From: a virus
Lineage: Duplodnaviria; Caudoviricetes
Length of the DNA: 37,632 bases
Strand: one strand, 5' to 3'
IMG/VR virus record: IMGVR_UViG_3300037461_000753
Span: 1-37,632 of that record
Shown: in pieces, positions 32,771-37,632 of the stretch
Layout of the letters: each line of letters starts with the position of its first letter
Position numbering within the stretch: the stretch's first letter is position 1
Notes under the pieces: generated by a model
What the model was told of the DNA's origin: nothing
The model's input: the letters and a program-made list of their open reading frames with translations, nothing else
The model's database searches: none
Position numbers and translations under genes: made by a program

Positions 32771-33568
32771 CTACCCCACGCCCTCCCACCCCTCCGGCAC
32801 CATCACCCGCGCCATGTCCGGCCGCCAGGTCATCAGGCCCGGGTCGCCCCAGCCGAGGATGCGCCGGCCTGGCGCCGTGGCGGGGTCGAGCTGGTTGCCC
32901 TTCGCGTCCTTGACCGCGACCAGCCACGGATGCCCCCTGCGCAGCACGAGCCGGCTCCTGACCAGGTGCACGGCCTGCAGGCCACTGGCGGGGTCCACGC
33001 AGCCGCCGTCGACGCTCACGCAGATGTTGTCCCCGAGCTCGTCACCCTCCCAGCCGACGACGGTGCGCACGTGCTCGATGCCGCCCCAGTCCCAGGGCTG
33101 GCTGGCTGGCAGGCTCTTGGGGCGCGTGAGGCCGATCACGACATACGCCCCGAGCTGCGGCCTCGGTTCGAGGTCCTCCTGCTTCTGCGCGTCGGTCCAG
33201 GCTCCCATTCGCTGGAGGTAGGCCACGGCCCGGCTGACCGCGGTTCCGGGCACGTACGGGCGGTAGAGCGTCGGCGCGTCGGCCCCGAGCTGGGCGTGGA
33301 ACGACTCGCCGACCATGCCGCACGTGCTCGGGCCGGGCGGGTAGGGATGGCGCAGCCACTCGATGATCGCCTGGCGCGAGTGAGCATTGCTCGGGCGATC
33401 GCTCTCGGGCGCGTCCCGGGGGCCGATCTGTTCGCCGAACCTGCGGCGGGTGGCCTCGCGTCCGGTCAGCCCGACGCAGCCGAGCGCGATCGCGGCGATG
33501 CAGCGGGCGATGTCGTCGGCGCCGGCAGGGCGGTCGATGGTGATGAGGGGGGTCGAGAGGTCGATCAT
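32771..33568 (-). CDS. Putative endolysin (CHAP/NlpC-P60-like Cys-His peptidase)
   Basis: STCGM...GAYVVIG...EHVRTVV...SVDGG order fits a papain-like C-H-D core; last gene of the late operon, downstream of membrane/lysis genes; ATGA overlap start. Confidence 0.5.
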   Translation of the reverse strand: MIDLSTPLITIDRPAGADDIARCIAAIALGCVGLTGREATRRRFGEQIGPRDAPESDRPSNAHSRQAIIEWLRHPYPPGPSTCGMVGESFHAQLGADAPTLYRPYVPGTAVSRAVAYLQRMGAWTDAQKQEDLEPRPQLGAYVVIGLTRPKSLPASQPWDWGGIEHVRTVVGWEGDELGDNICVSVDGGCVDPASGLQAVHLVRSRLVLRRGHPWLVAVKDAKGNQLDPATAPGRRILGWGDPGLMTWRPDMARVMVPEGWEGVG

Positions 33569-33801
33569 GGCGACCATCCTTGAAGCTGCACGAACTCGTG
33601 GAACCCGCACCCAGGATGCGGGCACACGACCGACGGCGAGACGACGCCGGCGGCGCTGATGGTGTGGTGGGGGAGGCAGAAGAGGTGGCCGCAACCCGGG
33701 CAGTCGAGGACCGCGGTGCGGATGTTGGGAGGGTAGAGGAAGGGCGCCCAGCCGTGCAGGCCGGGCGTGCGGAGAAGGGAAGGGGCGGGCGGGACGATCA
33801 C
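33565..33801 (-). CDS. Small Cys/His Zn-binding protein (DUF6527-like)
   Basis: CPGCG...H...SPSVVCPHPGCGFH; GTGA overlap start; 78 aa. Confidence 0.55.
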   Translation of the reverse strand: MIVPPAPSLLRTPGLHGWAPFLYPPNIRTAVLDCPGCGHLFCLPHHTISAAGVVSPSVVCPHPGCGFHEFVQLQGWSP

Positions 33802-34040
33802 TTGCCAGCGGGCCGTTTGTCGAGACCCTTCTCGGCAAGGATGGCCGCCAAGTCGTCTGCGTGGATGCAGTCGGCGAGGCACGCGCCGCGCGTCTCGATA
33901 GGGGCGATCGACCCGTTGCAGTAGTCGTTGCCGGCGACGGCGTCGTAGAGGATTCCGACGCCCTGAATGGCGTCGCCATTCATGCTCAGTTGGACAACCT
34001 TGTCGCCGTTCTTCGCCTCTCTTCCGTTTCGGTAATGCAT
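33798..34040 (-). CDS. Conserved-looking small hypothetical protein
   Basis: MHYRNGREAKNGDKVV...GNDYCNG...CLADCIHADD, 80 aa; SD AGGA. Confidence 0.7.
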   Translation of the reverse strand: MHYRNGREAKNGDKVVQLSMNGDAIQGVGILYDAVAGNDYCNGSIAPIETRGACLADCIHADDLAAILAEKGLDKRPAGK

Positions 34041-34077
34041 GTTCCTGCTCTGCTTTCTGCGACCACGCAGGCCGCGG

Positions 34078-34401
34078 TTATCCTTCCCCACCTTCTTCCG
34101 TCGACCCCTGCCCGGTCGGCAGCGTCGGGGGCGGCTCGTCCACCGGGCACGCCCTGCACCGGAGGCGCCCGAAGTCCAGGTGCAGCACCGATCCGCACAG
34201 TGGGCAGCGCGCCGCACGTGGGCCGCACCCCTCGTCGAGCCGCTGCGCGGTGACGTGCAGGGCCGTGCGGATGTCCTTCTGCCTGAACCCGCGCGTGGTG
34301 CCGACGATGACCTCCCAGCCGCCCATCGCCGGGGGCACGAAGATCACGCGCTCGCCCCGAGCCTCGGCCAGGCGCTGGATGAGATCGAGGTCGTCGCTCA
34401 T
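34078..34401 (-). CDS. Hypothetical protein with Zn ribbon
   Basis: ATGA overlap, SD GAGGT; CPLCG...CRAC. Confidence 0.55.
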   Translation of the reverse strand: MSDDLDLIQRLAEARGERVIFVPPAMGGWEVIVGTTRGFRQKDIRTALHVTAQRLDEGCGPRAARCPLCGSVLHLDFGRLRCRACPVDEPPPTLPTGQGSTEEGGEG

Positions 34402-34610
34402 GTCCACCTCTCACGGTGCTGCAGGAGCATCGCGTCGGCGATCACCGCAGCCCGCTGTGCGACGTGGTCCGGTGAGGCGTCGGCACGCAGCAGCGCAGGG
34501 ATCGCCGCCTGCGCGTAGGTCATCCAGGCGAGCTCGTCGTCGAAGGCGGAGCAGCGCTTAAGCGGATCGGGGTCGAGCTCCAGGCCCGTGTCCTGCTCGC
34601 GGGGGATCAT
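34398..34610 (-). CDS. Hypothetical protein
   Basis: ATGA overlap; MIPREQD...YAQAAIPALL...AAVIADAML, 70 aa. Confidence 0.6.
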   Translation of the reverse strand: MIPREQDTGLELDPDPLKRCSAFDDELAWMTYAQAAIPALLRADASPDHVAQRAAVIADAMLLQHRERWT

Positions 34611-34927
34611 CGATCGGCTCCCGAGTCCTCGATCGGGCAGCTCGGCCCCTCGGCTGCGTCCGCCTGGCTGTCGAGGTACCGGCGCGTCTCGTCGGCCGAC
34701 ACGCGGCAAAAGTCGGCGAGGTCCTCGGCCAGCATGATCCCGCTGCACCGCGCGGCCTCGATGCACGCGATCTCGCCGCCGGCAAGAAGGATGCGCGCTC
34801 CGAGCTGCTGCTCGGCCGGGGTGCAGCCGCTGGTGATGCAGGCGGCGATCATCGTGCCGGCCATCAGCATGGCGGAAGCTGTGGTCAGGACCCACCACGC
34901 GAGCGATTGCAGTCGTCGAGCACTCAT
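34607..34927 (-). CDS. Lipoprotein, possible spanin component
   Basis: Basic N-terminus, hydrophobic stretch, lipobox-like IAAC/TSGC; in the lysis region; ATGA overlap, SD AGGAGG. Confidence 0.5.
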   Translation of the reverse strand: MSARRLQSLAWWVLTTASAMLMAGTMIAACITSGCTPAEQQLGARILLAGGEIACIEAARCSGIMLAEDLADFCRVSADETRRYLDSQADAAEGPSCPIEDSGADR

Positions 34928-35199
34928 GGGTGCCTCCTGGTCAGAAGTGTCGTGATGAGCGTGGCGAGCCCGATGATCGCCATCAGAATCGTCGGGCCCC
35001 AAGCGCGCAGCGTGCCCGTGCTGTCCCCGCTGCGAGTCTCCTGCGCCACAAGCCGCCCCTCGTGATCCCGGTCCGCCGTCTCGAGCAGCTCGAGGCGCTT
35101 GTCGCAGCGGTCGAGCCGCTCGTCATGCACCGCGCACGGGTAGCCGTCTGGGGCCGAGCCCATCTGCAGGCGAGGCGGAGGAGGGATCGCGGGGGGCAT
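34924..35199 (-). CDS. Coiled-coil plus C-terminal TM protein (XhlA/holin-associated type)
   Basis: CAVHDERLDRCDKRLELLE coiled coil, then WGPTILMAIIGLATLITTLL TM. Confidence 0.55.
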   Translation of the reverse strand: MPPAIPPPPRLQMGSAPDGYPCAVHDERLDRCDKRLELLETADRDHEGRLVAQETRSGDSTGTLRAWGPTILMAIIGLATLITTLLTRRHP

Positions 35200-35202
35200 G
35201 GC

Positions 35203-35697
35203 TCAGCCCTGCGGCGCCTCCCCGGGTTTCGTGTCGCAGTTCAGATTCGCGAGCACGGCGTCGGCGAGGTCGTCGGCCGTCGCAGGCTTTGTGTTCACGA
35301 CCGGATCGCTCGGCACGACCTTCACGTTGGTCGTCTTGCTTCCCTTGCCCGCCACCTGCTGCCACAGCGTCACGCCGCCCTGGCCGGTGACGATGACCGC
35401 GATCGCCTTGATCGTGGTCCACACCTCAACGGGGATCCGATCACTGAAGTGGGCGAGCACGGCTCCCAGGATGGTCAGCCCCACGTAGATCGCGGTCACC
35501 CACCATCCGTCGATCGACGGCCAGCGCTTGCGCAGTAGGGCCACCACCGCGATCGCGAAGCCGGCGCTCGTGAGCAGGCCGAGCGCGTCGGCCGAGGGCG
35601 AGAGGATCGGGGGCACGTCCTGGGCCCATGCGAGAGTCGAGAAGAGCACGAACGAAAGAAGCCAGAAGGTCGAGACGAATAGACGAAACATGGTCAT
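35203..35697 (-). CDS. Holin-like multi-TM membrane protein
   Basis: Signal-like N-terminus plus about three hydrophobic helices and a hydrophilic tail; first gene of the lysis block. Confidence 0.55.
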   Translation of the reverse strand: MTMFRLFVSTFWLLSFVLFSTLAWAQDVPPILSPSADALGLLTSAGFAIAVVALLRKRWPSIDGWWVTAIYVGLTILGAVLAHFSDRIPVEVWTTIKAIAVIVTGQGGVTLWQQVAGKGSKTTNVKVVPSDPVVNTKPATADDLADAVLANLNCDTKPGEAPQG

Positions 35698-36020
35698 CTG
35701 CCTTTCACCGCCTCAGCGGGTTCTTCCTTGATGGGGTCTGCGACGGCGGCCCAGTCCGCGGGAAGCGCGTCGACGATCGTGGCGGCCTTGATCGGGTCGC
35801 CCGCTTTCGCTTCGGACTGCGCAGTGTCGCTGACGGGGAACGCATAGGCTTTTCCATCGGGCTTCGCCTGCACGTCATACCTGTGCAGCGTGACGCCCTG
35901 CCCCGCGGGCGCCGGCGTGCCGTCGAGGTACACCCCGGGCCACGGCAGGTTGCCAGCCTTGTCGTCGGCGGCTTGCAGCGCGCGGGCGTCGGATTCGGTG
36001 GAACAGATTGCCTGTTTCAT
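35694..36020 (-). CDS. Hypothetical protein following tail fibre
   Basis: ATGA overlap, SD GGAAGG; 108 aa; possible fibre chaperone. Confidence 0.6.
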   Translation of the reverse strand: MKQAICSTESDARALQAADDKAGNLPWPGVYLDGTPAPAGQGVTLHRYDVQAKPDGKAYAFPVSDTAQSEAKAGDPIKAATIVDALPADWAAVADPIKEEPAEAVKGR

Positions 36021-37249
36021 AGCGCGAGCCTTCCGCGGAGGCGTTGCGACCATCGATAGATCCGCGCCAGGTCGTTGGTCGATAGTGCCCTATTCCAGAC
36101 GCCCCAAGCCCACACATCCTCTGGGCAGAAGTCCTCCGCGGCCCCACTTGTCCTGTGCGCTCCCAGCGTCAGGTGAGTGAGTGTCATTGCGCCAACATCA
36201 ACCGCTACAGCGGCGGCGGCAGTCGTATCGATCCAGTGCTGCCACGTTGTGCCGGCGTTCACGTCAGCGAAAAAGTGTGTGTTGGTGTTAGCGATTGTGT
36301 CGACCGTCCCAAACGCTGCGACAGCGTCATCGTCGCGCTTGTAGCCACGCACGGCAGATGCCCCGTCTAGCGTGTATTTGCGCATATACGGCGTATCGCG
36401 ACCAGTGTTCCCCACGCCCCACATTGTCTCGCTTGCGGCCCTGGTGCGCAGCTTTCCGCAGTGGATCACGGTCCACGCCGGATCGGCCCCGCCAAATGTT
36501 GCGGTCACAAATGCGTCAGTGATTTCGAGCCAGTCCGCCGTGCCGTCCAGTTGCAAATACCCCCCCGCCCCGCTCGCCACGAACAGCGGCTGCCTGGCCG
36601 CCGTCGCCTGCACGAGGTGGTGGCCCGTGCCGTTGAGGTCGGTCAGTTGGGAGGCGTTGAGGAGAGTAACAACAACATCGTCAAATTCAACGTATTTCCC
36701 AGCGCTCGCGCCGGTTGCGGTGAGTGTCGGACCAATACCATCGGCCGTGAACGTGATGTCGAACGGCTGCCAATCTGTGCTCGTGGTCCCAACCCAAAGC
36801 GGCGCAGTGGAATCATTCCAGAACCGTGGTGCAATCGATCCATCACTTCGCCCGACCCCTGTTACGCGATAACGGTTCCCGCTCGTAAACACTCCCTGAT
36901 AAGCGCGAAGCACCGTGTTAGATAGGTAGGTCAATCGAAGGCATCGTGCACCAGTATAGGCTCCTCCCTCTTTTGTCAGAGTTGTTGCTACGCCAGTCCA
37001 CGCGCCCACTCCCGCCGCTTCCATGTTCCAGTCACTGCCGCCAATGGCCGGAAACACGACCGCGCCGGGGAACTGCGACGTGTCGGTGCACGCAAACAAC
37101 TGGCACCCGGGAATCATGCGCGGGTCGAGCCTCTCGCTGGAGAACCCCGCACCCGCGCCGCACCCGGCCATGGAGCCGCCGCGAGCGAACGGGCGACCCC
37201 CTAGGAAGGAATACACGCGGGCGCATTCGTCGCCTGGAATGAGGCTCAC
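36017..37249 (-). CDS. Tail fibre / receptor-binding protein: LamG/ConA-like domain with inserted carbohydrate-binding module
   Basis: LTDLNGTGHHLVQATAARQP...LDGTADWL...VWNRALS LamG-like motifs; GNRYRVT...TDWQPFDITFTA...VEFDDV CBM4/9-like motifs. Confidence 0.65.
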   Translation of the reverse strand: MSLIPGDECARVYSFLGGRPFARGGSMAGCGAGAGFSSERLDPRMIPGCQLFACTDTSQFPGAVVFPAIGGSDWNMEAAGVGAWTGVATTLTKEGGAYTGARCLRLTYLSNTVLRAYQGVFTSGNRYRVTGVGRSDGSIAPRFWNDSTAPLWVGTTSTDWQPFDITFTADGIGPTLTATGASAGKYVEFDDVVVTLLNASQLTDLNGTGHHLVQATAARQPLFVASGAGGYLQLDGTADWLEITDAFVTATFGGADPAWTVIHCGKLRTRAASETMWGVGNTGRDTPYMRKYTLDGASAVRGYKRDDDAVAAFGTVDTIANTNTHFFADVNAGTTWQHWIDTTAAAAVAVDVGAMTLTHLTLGAHRTSGAAEDFCPEDVWAWGVWNRALSTNDLARIYRWSQRLRGRLAL

Positions 37250-37458
37250 GACTCACCTTCTTTCAGCGCGCCGTGAAGCGTGATCTCCACGGTCTCGCCA
37301 CGGTCCGCGCAGTCGATCGTGCTCGCCACGCTGTGCAGCAAACGGAGCAATGCGCGGCGGTCGAGCACGAGCACAACGGCGGCGGGCCACTCGGGCTTGC
37401 CGGGGCGGGCAGGGGTCTCTACCTCCTGCCCTTCGGTGAATGTCCACACGCGGCTCAT
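37246..37458 (-). CDS. Hypothetical protein
   Basis: 70 aa; GTGA coupling to the fibre gene. Confidence 0.55.
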   Translation of the reverse strand: MSRVWTFTEGQEVETPARPGKPEWPAAVVLVLDRRALLRLLHSVASTIDCADRGETVEITLHGALKEGES

Positions 37459-37461
37459 GGC

Positions 37462-37632
37462 CTACCCCAGATCCGCAGCGCCGGGGACGCGCCTGTACAG
37501 GGCGTGCACCTCGACGGTATCGGAGGCGGCGAGCAGCGTGGACATCGCCCCACCCGCAGCTACGCCCACGATCTCAGCCGCTGCAAATGGCTCGTAACAG
37601 TAGCCCGCGAGCTTCGGCGAACGGCCCACGCC
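37462..37632 (-). CDS. 3' end of a tail-region gene (partial)
   Basis: Open frame from window end: GVGRSPKLAGYCYEPF...RRVPGAADLG*, stopping 3 nt before the next ATG. Confidence 0.55.
   Translation of the reverse strand, partial: GVGRSPKLAGYCYEPFAAAEIVGVAAGGAMSTLLAASDTVEVHALYRRVPGAADLG

Noticed and set aside
36017-37249. Diversity-generating retroelement or invertible fibre cassette
   Set aside because: No reverse transcriptase, template/variable repeat pair or invertase was seen in the window.
280-37597. Many long antisense or alternate-frame ORFs in the track (e.g. 5488..6984 +, 27415..29595 -, 23896..25104 -, 29481..30845 + upstream part)
   Set aside because: They are shadows of real genes in GC-rich DNA: Arg/Pro/Gly-rich, no SD, no motifs, and the coupled gene chain is already complete without them.

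Overview
High-GC (roughly 67-69% by eye, not computed) temperate tailed phage genome. It is in excised or circularly permuted form, not an integrated prophage: an intact attP (3' end of a tRNA-Pro) has phage genes on both sides, and both window ends fall inside the tail region. The rest of the tape measure and the baseplate are outside the window. Left arm (minus strand, read right to left): Cro, CII-like protein, SF2 helicase, VRR-NUC-like nuclease, DnaB-like helicase, a repeat-rich ori/pac candidate, terminases, Mu-like portal, protease-scaffold, capsid and neck, contractile sheath, HNH, tube, frameshifted tail chaperone, tape measure start. Centre: lambda-like immunity switch with twin leaderless TTGACA-17-GATACT promoters and 17-bp-periodic operators. 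The CI lacks a peptidase domain and there is an ImmA/IrrE protease. Two cargo genes follow cI: a lipoprotein and a CCHC-HIRAN-TM protein. Right (plus strand): early genes, RecE-like/Sak4-like recombination pair, a structured intergenic block with a tRNA-like element ending in ACCA directly upstream of a DUF2829 (Tad2-like) gene, ParB, ASCH, Xis, tyrosine integrase, attP. Then lysis and tail-fibre genes on the minus strand. The host is probably a diderm high-GC bacterium, possibly Myxococcota (inference only). All family calls come from motif recognition by eye; no searches were run.
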